A DNA stretch of 64,000 nt from an uncultured delta proteobacterium (GCA_963776345.1 CAVZMH010000017.1:96001-160000); one strand, 5' to 3'; positions 9,033-19,299 are shown, counted from the stretch's first letter. Program-made: numbers and translations. The notes: a model not told the origin generated them from the letters alone.

Positions 9033-10142
9033 CTACACGTTGAAGCGGAAGTGCATGCAGTCGCCGTCGCGGACGACGTACTCCTTGCCCTCGATCCGGA
9101 GAAGGCCCTTCTCCCGGACCGCGGCCTCGCTCCCCAGGCGGATCAGCTCTTCCCAGCCGAACACCTCGGCCTTGATGAAGCCCCGCTCGAAGTCCGAGTG
9201 GATGACCCCCGCGGCCTCGGGCGCCTTCGCGCCCTTGTGGAACGTCCAGGCCCGGCATTCCTGCTCGCCCACGGTGAAGAAGGTCTGGAGCCCCAGCATC
9301 CGGTAGCCGGCCCGCACCACCTTGTGCAGCCCGGGCTCGGACAGGCCCACCGAGGCGAGGAAGCCAGGACGCTCCTCGGGAGGGAGCTGCTGGATCTCCG
9401 CCTCGATGCCGGCGGCCAGCGCCACCATCTCCGCCCCCTCGGCCCGGGACAGCTCCCGCACCGCGGCGACGTGCGGGTCGGCGTCCTCCTTGCCGAGCTG
9501 CGACTCGCCGATGTTCGCCACGTACAGCACCGGCTTGTCGGTGAGGAGGAAGAGGTCCCTGAGGTGCGCGTGGTCCTCGGCCGAGAGCTTCTGGGCGCGC
9601 ACGGTGATGCCGGCGTCGAGGCCGGCCTTCACCCGGTCGAGGAGGGCGAGCTCGGCCTTCGCCTCGTCTCCCGCCTTCCCGCCGGCCTTGGCGGCCTTCT
9701 GGGCGCGCTCGCGGCGCTTCTCCACCGTCTCGAGGTCCTTGAGGCAGAGCTCGGTGTCGACGATGTCCCGGTCGCGCTTCGGGTCGACCCCGCCCTCGAC
9801 GTGGGTGACGTTCGGGTCCTCGAAGCAGCGGAGCACGTGCAACACCGCGTCGACCTGGCGGATGTTGGCCAGGAACTGGTTGCCCAGCCCCTCGCCCTTG
9901 CTCGCCCCGCGGACCAGACCGGCGATGTCCACGAACTCCAGCGAGGTGGGGATGGTCTTCTGCGGCTTCACCAGCGCCGAGAGCTTGTCCAGCCGCTCGT
10001 CCGGCACCGGCACCACGCCCACGTTCGGCTCGATGGTGCAGAACGGGTAGTTCGCCGCCTGTGCGCCCGCCGAGGACAGAGCGTTGAAGAGCGTGGACTT
10101 GCCCACGTTGGGCAGTCCGACGATGCCGATTCCCAGCGCCAC
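9033..10142 (-). CDS. ychF: Redox-regulated ATPase YchF
   Basis: GIVGLPNVGKSTLFN, NYPFCTIEPN, GLGNQFL, IHSDFERGFIKAEV. Confidence 0.98.
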   Translation of the reverse strand: MALGIGIVGLPNVGKSTLFNALSSAGAQAANYPFCTIEPNVGVVPVPDERLDKLSALVKPQKTIPTSLEFVDIAGLVRGASKGEGLGNQFLANIRQVDAVLHVLRCFEDPNVTHVEGGVDPKRDRDIVDTELCLKDLETVEKRRERAQKAAKAGGKAGDEAKAELALLDRVKAGLDAGITVRAQKLSAEDHAHLRDLFLLTDKPVLYVANIGESQLGKEDADPHVAAVRELSRAEGAEMVALAAGIEAEIQQLPPEERPGFLASVGLSEPGLHKVVRAGYRMLGLQTFFTVGEQECRAWTFHKGAKAPEAAGVIHSDFERGFIKAEVFGWEELIRLGSEAAVREKGLLRIEGKEYVVRDGDCMHFRFNV

Positions 10143-10166
10143 GAGGAGTCCGCTTCCGCCTGTCGC

Positions 10167-10700
10167 CTAGGCCTTGGGCCCGTTCCGGCCGGCGCGTGAG
10201 ACCTCGGCCAGGTACTGGCTGGCGAGCTCCTTCTGCTTGGCCGGGTCCAGCCGCTCGCCGAGGAGCTTCTCGGCGATCTGGATGGCCAGGTCCGCCGCGA
10301 GGCCCTTCACCTCGTTCACCGCCTTCACCTTCTCGTTCTGGATGTCGCGGAGCGCCTCGGTCTTCTGGGCCTCGGCCTCGGCGCGGGCCCGGGCGACCAG
10401 GTCGACCCGGAGCTTCTCCACGTCCTCGGCGTTCTTCCGCATCATCTCCGACGCCTCGCCGCGGGCCTTCTGGATGGCCTCCTTCTGCTCGGCGAGGAGC
10501 CGCTCGGCCTCGGCGCGCTCGCGCTTGGCCGACTCGATGGACGCGGCGATGGCCTTCTCCCGCTCGTCCACCACCCGGAGGATGGGGCCCCAGGCCACCT
10601 TACGGAGCAGGAGGGCCACCAGGAAGAAGGTGACCAGCGTCCAGAAGATGAGGCCGGGACGGACGTCGACGAGGTTCGAGGCGGCGAGGACGATGGGCAT
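10167..10700 (-). CDS. atpF: ATP synthase F0 subunit b
   Basis: PGLIFWTLVTF TM segment followed by coiled coil; downstream of atpE. Confidence 0.95.
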   Translation of the reverse strand: MPIVLAASNLVDVRPGLIFWTLVTFFLVALLLRKVAWGPILRVVDEREKAIAASIESAKRERAEAERLLAEQKEAIQKARGEASEMMRKNAEDVEKLRVDLVARARAEAEAQKTEALRDIQNEKVKAVNEVKGLAADLAIQIAEKLLGERLDPAKQKELASQYLAEVSRAGRNGPKA

Positions 10701-10769
10701 GTGCGTGTCTCGAGAGTGAGTCGGCCCGGAGCACCCGCCAGGGGGCGCCCGGGCCCTGGACGACGGATG

Positions 10770-11003
10770 TCAGCCGACCTTGGTGGCGAGGAGGATGCTC
10801 ACCACGAGGCCGAACAGACCGACGCCTTCGATGAGCGCCGCGGCGATGAGCATGGTGGTCCGGATGTCGCCGGTGGCCGCCGGCTGACGGCCGGTGGCGT
10901 CGAGCGCGGAGGCGGCGAGGCGACCGATGCCGAGGCCCACGCCCAGCACGCAGAGGCCCGCGCCGATGCCAGCGGAGAGGAACGAATATGCGAGGTTGGT
11001 CAT
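10770..11003 (-). CDS. atpE: ATP synthase F0 subunit c
   Basis: GxGxGxG helix, RQP loop, LIEG carboxylate. Confidence 0.97.
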   Translation of the reverse strand: MTNLAYSFLSAGIGAGLCVLGVGLGIGRLAASALDATGRQPAATGDIRTTMLIAAALIEGVGLFGLVVSILLATKVG

Positions 11004-11115
11004 GACTTTCTGTTTCTAACTTTCGACGTCTGGACCCGCTTGTGGGGGGGTCATGGATGCCCTTTTGGACGACCTCCCGCGGACCGCATCCGGCCGCGGG
11101 GTTCTTTCGAAATCG

Positions 11116-12138
11116 TCACCCGGCGTCGTGCGCCTCGCCGTGCTCCTGGTGGGCGTGCTCCTCGTGGTGGCCCATCGCCACCCCCATCCCGATGAAGAGC
11201 GCCGAGAGCATCACGAAGATGTACGCCTGCAGGAAGGCCACGAAGAGCTCGAGCAGGTAGATGAAGATGGCGAACGGCACCGCCACCACCGACACCGCGA
11301 CGTGGCCGATGATGAAGATCAGCCCCAGGAGGCTGAAGAGCACGATGTGCCCGGCCAGCATGTTGGCGAAGAGCCGGAGCATCAGCGCGAACGGCTTGGT
11401 GAAGAGACCCAGGATCTCCACCGGCACCATGATCGGCCAGATCCACCAGGGAGCCCCGCCGGTCATGTGCTTGAGGTAGCCGAACACGCCCACCGCCTTC
11501 ACGCTGGCGAACTGGGTGAGGACGAAGGTGCAGAGCGCGAGCGCCATCGTCACCCCGAGATTGCCGGTGGCGGTCGAGGCCCAGGGCACCAGACCCAGGA
11601 GGTTCAGGGTGAGGATGAAGAAGAACACCGAGAGGAGGTACGGCGTGTAGCGCGGCCCCTCCTCCTTGCCGATGTTGGGGATGGCGATCTCGTTGCGGAC
11701 GAAGACCACCAGCATCTCGAGCACGTTCTGCCGCGGCCCGTGCGGCACCGGCTGCTTCGGATTCCGGTTGGCGCCGAAGGCGAACAGGAGCACCACCAGC
11801 GCCGCGCCCACCATCATCCAGAAGGAGTGCTTGGTGAAGGTGATGTCCAGGCACCCCGCGCCCAGGCTCGCCGGCGTCTCCGGATCCGCCGGGCAGGCGC
11901 CCGCCTTGAACGGGATGCGCCACACCGGGAAGTGGATGAAGTACTCCTTGTCGGAGAGCGGGACCTGGAAGCCGACCTCGGGCGAGTCGGCCACGTGCTC
12001 GAGGATGTACGTCGAGGTGTCGACCTTCTCCTCGTGGGCGCCTGCCGCGGGCTCGGCCTCGTGCGCGGGCGCATGGCCCTCCTGGGCCCTCGCGGCCAGC
12101 GACACTGCCAGCACTGCGCACCACAGCCACCGCCGCAT
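11116..12138 (-). CDS. atpB: ATP synthase F0 subunit a with N-terminal extension
   Basis: KPFALMLRLFANMLAGH, ELFVAFLQAYIF; ATG at 12138 overlaps upstream stop (TGATG). Confidence 0.96.
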   Translation of the reverse strand: MRRWLWCAVLAVSLAARAQEGHAPAHEAEPAAGAHEEKVDTSTYILEHVADSPEVGFQVPLSDKEYFIHFPVWRIPFKAGACPADPETPASLGAGCLDITFTKHSFWMMVGAALVVLLFAFGANRNPKQPVPHGPRQNVLEMLVVFVRNEIAIPNIGKEEGPRYTPYLLSVFFFILTLNLLGLVPWASTATGNLGVTMALALCTFVLTQFASVKAVGVFGYLKHMTGGAPWWIWPIMVPVEILGLFTKPFALMLRLFANMLAGHIVLFSLLGLIFIIGHVAVSVVAVPFAIFIYLLELFVAFLQAYIFVMLSALFIGMGVAMGHHEEHAHQEHGEAHDAG

Positions 12139-12494
12139 CACGTCACTCCCCGCCGCTGGGCCCTCGCGGCGACCAGCACGTACGTCATTTCCAGGCACAG
12201 GGCCACCACGAACAGCCCGAAGAACGCGAGGGTGTAGGCCCCCACGTCGTCGTGCCGGGCCCGCACCCACCGGTACCCGCCGAACCACGCCCCGAGCCGC
12301 AGCACCAGCCCCGCCACGCTCGCCCCCAGCGCCACCTTGATGCTGCGCCGGACCGCGATGGACTTCCCCACCAGCACCACCGCGCTGGCCAGCACCGAGG
12401 CGACCACGCCCGCCCGGGTCGCCGGCGTCCGCGTCGCCCACCACCCCACCGCGCCGATCAGGGCCAGCGCTCCCAGGAACCCGAGCAGCCTCAT
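12138..12494 (-). CDS. ATP synthase accessory membrane protein (AtpI-like)
   Basis: Four TM segments; position directly upstream of atpB. Confidence 0.7.
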   Translation of the reverse strand: MRLLGFLGALALIGAVGWWATRTPATRAGVVASVLASAVVLVGKSIAVRRSIKVALGASVAGLVLRLGAWFGGYRWVRARHDDVGAYTLAFFGLFVVALCLEMTYVLVAARAQRRGVT

Positions 12495-12745
12495 CGCTTC
12501 TTCATCGCGTTCAGGCCCTGGATGAGCCCGTAGAAGCCCGCGCCCATCCCCACGAACAGGCCGACGATCAGCCCCCAGGGCGAGCTGTGGAGCTTGCCGT
12601 CCACCAGCCAGCCCGCGCCGCCGCCCACCAGCACCCCGCCGACGACCCTCCAGACCGCGTTGATGTACGGCGCCGCCGCCCGCTGCGCGCGGGCCTCGGG
12701 GCTGAGCTCGCTCCCGTCCGACTCGTCTTTGCCACCGTCTTCCAA
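12491..12745 (-). CDS. AtpZ/AtpI-family two-TM protein
   Basis: GWLVDGKLHSSPWGLIVGLFVG pattern; TTG start at 12745 estimated. Confidence 0.8.
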   Translation of the reverse strand: MEDGGKDESDGSELSPEARAQRAAAPYINAVWRVVGGVLVGGGAGWLVDGKLHSSPWGLIVGLFVGMGAGFYGLIQGLNAMKKR

Positions 12746-12828
12746 AGAAGCCGGCGCGCGTGTAGCACCGGGGGGTTGGTCGCGCAACAGCGCAGGATGA
12801 CGGGGTCTTCTGGCGTCCGGGACCGCGG

Positions 12829-14112
12829 CTACAGCGCCCGGAACGCGTGCCTGGCGGCGGCCAGCGTGTGCTCGACCTCGCGCTCGCCCATGGCCAGGGA
12901 GACGAAGGCCGCCTCGAACTGGCTCGGGGGCAGGTAGACCCCCCGGTCGAGGAGCGCGTGGAAGAAGTTGCCGAACTTCTTCACGTCGGCGCGCTTGGCG
13001 CTCGGGTAGTCGAACACCGGCCCCTCGGCGAAGAAGAGCGTCCACATGCTGCCCACCCGGTTCAGCGTCACCGGAACGCCGGCCGCGCGAGCCTCGGCCA
13101 CGAGCCCGTCGGTGAGGCCACGGGAGATGCTCTCCAGCTTCTCGTAGACCCCGGGCTCCCCGAGCGCGTGGAGGCACGCCAGCCCCGCGGCCACCGCCAG
13201 CGGATTCCCGGACAGCGTGCCCGCCTGGTACACGGGGCCGGCCGGGGCGACCGTCTCCATGATGGCGCGGACGCCGCCGTAGGCGCCCACCGGCAGACCG
13301 CCACCGATCACCTTGCCCATGCAGGTGAGGTCCGGGCCGAGCCCGAACAGCTCCTGGGCGCCGCCCTTCGCCAGCCGGAAGCCGGTCATCACCTCGTCGA
13401 AGATCAGGAGCGCCCCGTGCCCGCGGCACAGCTCGACGAGGCCCTCGAGGAAGCCGGCGCGGGGGATGAGGACGCCCATGTTCCCCACCACCGGCTCGAC
13501 AATGACCGCGGCGATGTCCTTGCCCCGGCGCGCGAAGAGCGCCCGGGCCGCCGCCAGGTCGTTGTACGGAAGGGTCAAGGTCAGCGCGGCGAGCTCCTTC
13601 GGGACCCCCGGCGAGTCGGGCAGACCGAGCGTCTCGACCCCGCTCCCCGCCTTGACCAGGAAGGGGTCGCCGGCGCCGTGGTAGCAGCCCTCGAACTTCA
13701 CCAGCACCTCGCGGCCGGTGTACGCACGGGCCACGCGCAGCGCGGCGAGGGTCGCCTCGGTGCCGGACGAGGTGAGGCGCACCTCCTCGACCGCCGGCAT
13801 GCGCTGGCAGATCAGCTCGGCCAGCTCGACCTCTCCGGCGTGCGGCGCCCCGAAGCTGGTGCCCGAGCGGGTGGCCGCAGTGACCGCGGCGACGATGGAT
13901 GGGTCAGCGTGGCCGAGGATGAGCGGACCCCAGCTCCCCACGTGATCGACGTAGCGGTTGCCGTCCACGTCCGTCAGCCAGGCTCCGCGGCCCTCGCGGA
14001 AGAAGACCGGCGTGCCACCCACGCCGCGGAAGGCGCGGACCGGCGAATTCACCCCTCCGGGGATGACCCGCCGGGCGCGGTCGAAGAGGCGCTGGCTGCC
14101 GGCTCGCTCCAT
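12829..14112 (-). CDS. hemL: Glutamate-1-semialdehyde 2,1-aminomutase
   Basis: PGGVNSPVRAF, SGTEAT, FEGCYHG, FDEVMTGFR, GKVIGGG, YQAGTLSGNP. Confidence 0.98.
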   Translation of the reverse strand: MERAGSQRLFDRARRVIPGGVNSPVRAFRGVGGTPVFFREGRGAWLTDVDGNRYVDHVGSWGPLILGHADPSIVAAVTAATRSGTSFGAPHAGEVELAELICQRMPAVEEVRLTSSGTEATLAALRVARAYTGREVLVKFEGCYHGAGDPFLVKAGSGVETLGLPDSPGVPKELAALTLTLPYNDLAAARALFARRGKDIAAVIVEPVVGNMGVLIPRAGFLEGLVELCRGHGALLIFDEVMTGFRLAKGGAQELFGLGPDLTCMGKVIGGGLPVGAYGGVRAIMETVAPAGPVYQAGTLSGNPLAVAAGLACLHALGEPGVYEKLESISRGLTDGLVAEARAAGVPVTLNRVGSMWTLFFAEGPVFDYPSAKRADVKKFGNFFHALLDRGVYLPPSQFEAAFVSLAMGEREVEHTLAAARHAFRAL

Positions 14113-14114
14113 GC

Positions 14115-14969
14115 TCAGAGGTCCAGGGTCTCGTGGAGCTGCAGCGGCTGGTACTTCAGTAACAGATCCTTGGCCTTGAGCGCGGCGGCGAACTGCGCCG
14201 GCGTGCCGGTCAGGACGGGGAAGGTGGCGTAGTGCATGGCGGCGACCTTCGCCGGCTGCGCGAGCATCACGGCCTCGACGGCGCGCTCCGGGCCCATGGT
14301 GAAGTGATCGCCGATGCAGGCCAGCATCAGGGTGATCTTCATCGAGCGGAGCAGCTGCATGTCGGTGAACACGTCGGTGTCACCGGTGTGGTAGAGCGTC
14401 GGCCCGTTGCGGACGGCGATGACGAAGCCCATCGGGTTTCCCGCCGCGTACCCGACCTCGCCACCCTTCTCCTTCACCGTCACCGACGAGCCGTGGATGG
14501 CGTTGACGAAGGTGACCTTCACCTCGCCGTCGAAGAAGCTGAGCGTCCCGCCCACGTTCCCCAGCGTGTCGAACCCCATCTGGTCCGCCGGGTACCCGAG
14601 GTACCGCACGTAGGCCTGGGCCTGGTCGAGGCTGGTCACCAGGCGGGCCTTGGTCTTCCGGGCGATCTCCACCGCGTCGCCGACGTGGTCCGAGTGCCCG
14701 TGCGAGATGAGGATCAGGTCGACCTTCTTGAAATCCGCCAGATCCTGCTTTCCGCTGGGGTTCACCGGGTTGGTGATCCACGGGTCGATGAGGAGGACCT
14801 TGCCGGACGGGGTGACGAGCTTGAACGCGGCCTGGCCGTACCAGGTGAGCTGAGTCTTGGGGGCTCCGGCGATCTGTGGCGGCACGGAGGACGATGCACT
14901 CTGCGCGGCGGCGGCGAGCGAGGTGCAGGAGAGCAGGACGGTGAACACGCGGGCCAGGTGTCGCTTCAA
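14115..14969 (-). CDS. Exported metallo-beta-lactamase-fold hydrolase (UPF0173-like)
   Basis: Signal peptide, IDPW, SHGHSDH, YHTGDT, MHY; GGAGGAG before TTG at 14969. Confidence 0.88.
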   Translation of the reverse strand: MKRHLARVFTVLLSCTSLAAAAQSASSSVPPQIAGAPKTQLTWYGQAAFKLVTPSGKVLLIDPWITNPVNPSGKQDLADFKKVDLILISHGHSDHVGDAVEIARKTKARLVTSLDQAQAYVRYLGYPADQMGFDTLGNVGGTLSFFDGEVKVTFVNAIHGSSVTVKEKGGEVGYAAGNPMGFVIAVRNGPTLYHTGDTDVFTDMQLLRSMKITLMLACIGDHFTMGPERAVEAVMLAQPAKVAAMHYATFPVLTGTPAQFAAALKAKDLLLKYQPLQLHETLDL

Positions 14970-15079
14970 GGCGCTCCTCCGGGTCGGGGTCGGCGTTGAA
15001 CGGCTCGGGCCCCCATAACAGAACCGGGCCATCCGCGGCTCGAACAGCGTCGCATGAGGTCGCCGAGAAGACGCCCGGA

Positions 15080-15170
15080 GCCGCGCGCCTGCTTCCGGGC
15101 TCAGTCCCCCGCACCAGGGGGACGCCGGTCGAAGCGCGCCGCCGCGCGCCTGCTTCCGGGCTCAGTCCCC
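15080..15170. repeat. Perfect 30-bp direct repeat x2 with 31-bp spacer
   Basis: GCCGCGCGCCTGCTTCCGGGCTCAGTCCCC at 15080-15109 and 15141-15170. Confidence 0.9.
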
Positions 15171-16085
15171 GTGCTCTTTTGCCGCCTGCTCCGCCGTTCC
15201 GCCCGCCGCCTCGAGCGAGGTGCGAGCCTGCACCACCCGGTGGGGCTCGGGGCGCTGGAACGCCTCGCGGGCGCCGACTCCCCGGGGCGTCGTCGCGGCG
15301 ATGCGCTTCCGGGTCCGGGCGATCGCGCTCTGGACCACCTGGGGATCCGGGTGTCGTTCCAGGGCCTGCACCCAGGCCTGGATGGCCCCGGCGTCGTCGC
15401 CCGATTCACCCCGGAGCTTGCCCAGCTCGAACAGCGCGTGAGGGACGAGCTCCGAGGCAGGGAACCCCTCGATCAGCGTGGCGTAGGCCTTCATCGCCTC
15501 GCCCCGCATCCCCTCGCGCATGGAGAGCGACTGGCCCACCAGCATCCACCCGTCGTCGACCAGCGGGCTCGCGGGGAACTTCTGGATCAGCGTCCGCGCC
15601 TCGAGCTCCGACTGCTGGTAGTCCCCGAGCTCGAAGTAGAGCTTGGCCACCTGGTGGCGGAGGTCGGGCGCCGTCGGCGGGTCCCGGGCGAGCGCGGCGG
15701 TGAGCTCGGAGATGGCGCCGCGGAGGTCCCGATAGTGCGACTCGAGGATCCCGGCGAGCACCACGTGGGCCTCGGCGCTCTCCGGCGCGTCGGGGACCTG
15801 CGCCACCAGCTCCCGGTAGACGCTGACCGCCTTCGGGACGTCGTGCAGCTCGAGCCAGTAGACGTCCGCCGCACCGCGCAGCGCTCCGGCCCGGACGCGG
15901 GCGGCCTCGGGTCCCTCGGACTTCTCGACCCTGTCCAGCGCGAGGCGGTACTCGCGGAGCGCGGCCTGGGGCTTCCGGGCGTAGACCAGCTCGCGGGCGC
16001 GGGCGAGGTGCTCCGGGCCGGAGCGGGAGCAGCCGGCGGAGGCCACGAGCAGGACGGCTACTGCGAGCAGGCGTACTTCACGCAC
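15162..16085 (-). CDS. TPR-repeat lipoprotein
   Basis: SAGC lipobox after GTG at 16085 (estimated); repeated TPR-like helices ending in ...FPAS... Confidence 0.85.
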   Translation of the reverse strand: MREVRLLAVAVLLVASAGCSRSGPEHLARARELVYARKPQAALREYRLALDRVEKSEGPEAARVRAGALRGAADVYWLELHDVPKAVSVYRELVAQVPDAPESAEAHVVLAGILESHYRDLRGAISELTAALARDPPTAPDLRHQVAKLYFELGDYQQSELEARTLIQKFPASPLVDDGWMLVGQSLSMREGMRGEAMKAYATLIEGFPASELVPHALFELGKLRGESGDDAGAIQAWVQALERHPDPQVVQSAIARTRKRIAATTPRGVGAREAFQRPEPHRVVQARTSLEAAGGTAEQAAKEHGD

Positions 16086-16285
16086 AGGGTCTGCTCGCAG
16101 CGCACGCACGACTGGGTGGGCAGGTTCGGCTCTCCGGTGTCGGCACAGATGGCGACGCTCCCCGTCAGGGGACAGTCCTCCGGCCGCACGCAGCGGACCT
16201 GGCCTCCGTCGAGGCCCAGGATGGACGACGCGGTCGCCTTGCACGGGCCACCATCACAGCCCAGGAGGAGAGCACCGGCAAGCAT
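16058..16285 (-). CDS. Small Cys-rich lipoprotein
   Basis: LLGC lipobox plus 8 further Cys in about 65 aa; alternative start at 16315. Confidence 0.65.
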   Translation of the reverse strand: MLAGALLLGCDGGPCKATASSILGLDGGQVRCVRPEDCPLTGSVAICADTGEPNLPTQSCVRCEQTLCVKYACSQ

Positions 16286-16536
16286 TGCACCCTGGACCCG
16301 CCCGCGCAGTCGCACCGCGCGTCACTTGAGCAGAAGCGGGTGCCGTTCTCCACACCCCCGGGCCGAGGTCCCGGCGGCGCGGACGTCAGGAGCTGGCCAA
16401 TTCGCTCGGGCCCGCGGTCGGTCGATGCTACACCGTCCGGTGCGCTGAGGTCGGTCCCCTCGGGCAGGCCGCCGGGCCGGGAAGGGAAAGCACGGAGTGC
16501 TGGAGGGGACCGACCCCACGCGATGTGCCTCGAGGC

Positions 16537-17283
16537 TCAGACCTTCGGCACGGCCCGGAGGATCGCCTTTCCGTCCTTCACGAAGACCCGGTACTCCACG
16601 TCGCGGACGTTGTGCCGCTGCAGCAGCTCGGGCACCTGCTTCTTGAGGCTGGCGGCGACCGCGTCGAACGAGAGCCGCGTGGTGTCCTCGTTGCAGCGTC
16701 GCTTCGCCTCCACGTAGGCGCGGTACACGCTCCGCAGCCGGTTCTCGGAGAGCGGCTCGGGCGGCGGCGTCCCGGCGATGTGAATCACCGGCTCGCGAGC
16801 CTCGGGCGGAGGAGACGGTGGGGACCCGGGCTGCGCTGCAGGGCCCGACTTGCCGGGCGCGGGCTGCCTGGCGGCGGTGGCGGAGTCCGGCGGGGGCGCC
16901 GCGGGCACCTCGGGCTTCGAGCTTCGCCGCCGCCGGGCCTTGTAGACGTCGCGCCGGTACGTCCCGTCCTCCATCTCCTTGAGCGTCCGGGCCCAGAGCC
17001 GCTCGTAGGTGGCGGCCGTGGCCTGCAACGACTGGATCCGGAACGAGAGGGCCGAGTTCCGCGACGGCACCGTCTTCAGTGCCTCCAGCCGCTTCTTGAA
17101 CTGCTCGTGCGCCTTCGTCGGCGGACGCTTCTCCATCCCCAGGAAGAACTGCTCGTACTGGCCCCGGAGCGCGTGGAGGAGCGCCTCGACCGAGTCGACC
17201 TCCTGGGCCACCTGCGCCCAGTTCGACGCGGCGGCGGCGGCGCTCGCCTTGGCTCGGTCCTCGGGGCGCGGCGGGGGGGGCAT
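16537..17283 (-). CDS. Conserved myxobacterial-type protein (resembles MXAN_5187 C-terminal-domain proteins)
   Basis: YEQFFLGMEKRPP N-domain, Pro-rich linker, C-terminal YRVFVKDGKAILRA; family recalled, not searched. Confidence 0.7.
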   Translation of the reverse strand: MPPPPRPEDRAKASAAAAASNWAQVAQEVDSVEALLHALRGQYEQFFLGMEKRPPTKAHEQFKKRLEALKTVPSRNSALSFRIQSLQATAATYERLWARTLKEMEDGTYRRDVYKARRRRSSKPEVPAAPPPDSATAARQPAPGKSGPAAQPGSPPSPPPEAREPVIHIAGTPPPEPLSENRLRSVYRAYVEAKRRCNEDTTRLSFDAVAASLKKQVPELLQRHNVRDVEYRVFVKDGKAILRAVPKV

Positions 17284-17352
17284 CGGCAGCCCCAGGATTT
17301 CAAGTCAGGCGCGCGCGGCGCAAGTCGGCGCAGGTGGGCGCCTGTGGAACCC

Positions 17353-18618
17353 TCAGGCCGGCTGCGCGCCCGAGGCCGAGGGCAGCTCGCGGCTCGCGGA
17401 CGACCGGCGGACCAGCAGCGTCACGCCCAGGGCGAACATGACCAGCGAGATGAGCTGGCTGGTGGAGATGTTCCACCAGGCGTCGAGCGGCACCTGCTCG
17501 ATGAGCTTGTGCAGGGTGCCCCGCTCGAAGTCGCCCCGGAACAGCTCCACCGTGGTCCGGATGATGGAGTAGCCGATGAGGTACAGCGCGAGGATCTGCC
17601 CGTGGAACCGGCGGTAGCGGCGGGCGATCATCAGGGCCACGAAGAGCAGCAGCTGGGCCAGCGACTCGTAGAGCTGGGTGGGGTGGATCGGCAAGGTGGT
17701 CCCGTGCTGGGCGACCCAGTCGCCGATCCGGATGGCGCCGGGCACGGGGTGGTCGAACACCTGTCCGGTGGACTCGATGACCCAGCGATGGAGCTCCTCC
17801 GCCTGGCTGCTCCAGGCGATGGCGCCCGAGGTGTGCTGGCCGAAGATGTCGAGCGCCCGGGAGGCGCCCGGGAAGCGCACCGCCCAGGGGAGGTGGAGGG
17901 AGGCCGGCTTCCCCCAGCAGCACCCGGCGGAGAAGCACCCCAGGCGCCCGAACGCCTGGCCCAGCGCCACCGTGGGAGCGATGACGTCGGCGAGGCGCAG
18001 GAAGGGGATCTTCCGCTCGCGGCAGAACCACCACACCGCCGCCGTCGCGCCGATGAACCCGCCGTAGAAGACGAACCCGCCCCCCAGCGCGCCGACGAGC
18101 CGCGACGGGTCCCTGAACGCGTGGGACAGCCCGTCGAGGAAGTCCTTCGGGGTGACCAGGATGAAGAGGATCTTCGAGCCGACGAAGGCGCTGACCACCA
18201 CCCAGACCGCCAGGTCCATCACGTCGTTGCGACGGCGCACTCCCTCGGCACCGCCCCACTCGCGCTCGGCGAGCCGGGCGGAGACCATGATCGCCGCCAC
18301 GAACCCCGCCATCAGCATCAGTCCGTAGGTGTGAAGGGGAAGGCCCTCGCCCTTCCCCCCGAGGAAGGCCGCGGCCGGCAACGCGTAGTGCAGACCGAAG
18401 TAGAGGAAGACCGCGAAGAGCACGCCATAGATGGCGGCGCGCTGCGTCCGCTGCTGCCTGGTGGGCGGGAGCTCCTTGCCCGACTTCCGGTCGATGGAGC
18501 CGGGCGCGTTCCGCCACCCGGCCCACACCCCGTAGCCGAGGAGGAGCACCGCGAGCACGTAGGCCACCGCCTGGGCGAACGGGGTGTCGAAGCGGATCTG
18601 GATCAGCGTGGGCAGCAC
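17353..18618 (-). CDS. lgt: Prolipoprotein diacylglyceryl transferase
   Basis: YGLM, GFVFYGG, GQAFGRLGCF, HPTQLYE, STSQ. Confidence 0.95.
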   Translation of the reverse strand: MLPTLIQIRFDTPFAQAVAYVLAVLLLGYGVWAGWRNAPGSIDRKSGKELPPTRQQRTQRAAIYGVLFAVFLYFGLHYALPAAAFLGGKGEGLPLHTYGLMLMAGFVAAIMVSARLAEREWGGAEGVRRRNDVMDLAVWVVVSAFVGSKILFILVTPKDFLDGLSHAFRDPSRLVGALGGGFVFYGGFIGATAAVWWFCRERKIPFLRLADVIAPTVALGQAFGRLGCFSAGCCWGKPASLHLPWAVRFPGASRALDIFGQHTSGAIAWSSQAEELHRWVIESTGQVFDHPVPGAIRIGDWVAQHGTTLPIHPTQLYESLAQLLLFVALMIARRYRRFHGQILALYLIGYSIIRTTVELFRGDFERGTLHKLIEQVPLDAWWNISTSQLISLVMFALGVTLLVRRSSASRELPSASGAQPA

Positions 18619-18631
18619 GGCGGAGCTCCTA

Positions 18632-19299
18632 TCAAACGGACGACGGCGCTGCCTTTCGCTCCCTCCGGACCATCCCGTCGACGAGCAGCAGGATGACCCC
18701 GACCACGATGGCGCTGTCGGCGACGTTGAAGGAGGGCCAGGTGTACGCGGTCTTCCAGTGCGCCTCGATGAAGTCGATGACGAACCCGCGCGACAGCCGG
18801 TCCACCCAGTTGCCCAGCGCGCCGCCGAGCACCAGCGGCAGGCCGATGAGCGCCCAGCGCTCCTCCTTCGCCCCGTTCAGCCGGAGGTAGTACAGGGTGA
18901 TGAGCAGCACCGCGCCGATGGAGACCAGGTGGAACAGCGGGCCGCGGGCGCCGGCGGGGAGCCTCCGGAAGAGCCCGAACGCCGCGCCCGGGTTCTCCGC
19001 GTAGCGCAGCATCAGGAAGTCCGGGCTGAACACGATGGGCCGCTTCGGCCGGAAGTGCAGCCCGTCCCAGCCCGGGGCCGGCGCCTCTCCATACAGCGCA
19101 CCGAGCCGGGCGCTCACCGTGGGCAGCGCGTCGAAGCGCGTGGTGAGGGCCGCCACCATCTCGTACTTCACCCACTGGTCCACCAGCACCAGGGCCAGCG
19201 CGCAGACGTAGAGGATGACCAGCTTGCGGACCAGCGCCGGGTCTCGCGCCAGGGCCCCCGGCGTGCGCGGGGCGACGACCTGCTCGACTCCGGGACCGG

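Noticed and set aside
15080..15170. CRISPR array
   Set aside because: Only two repeats, one overlapping a gene end; no leader and no cas genes in the window.
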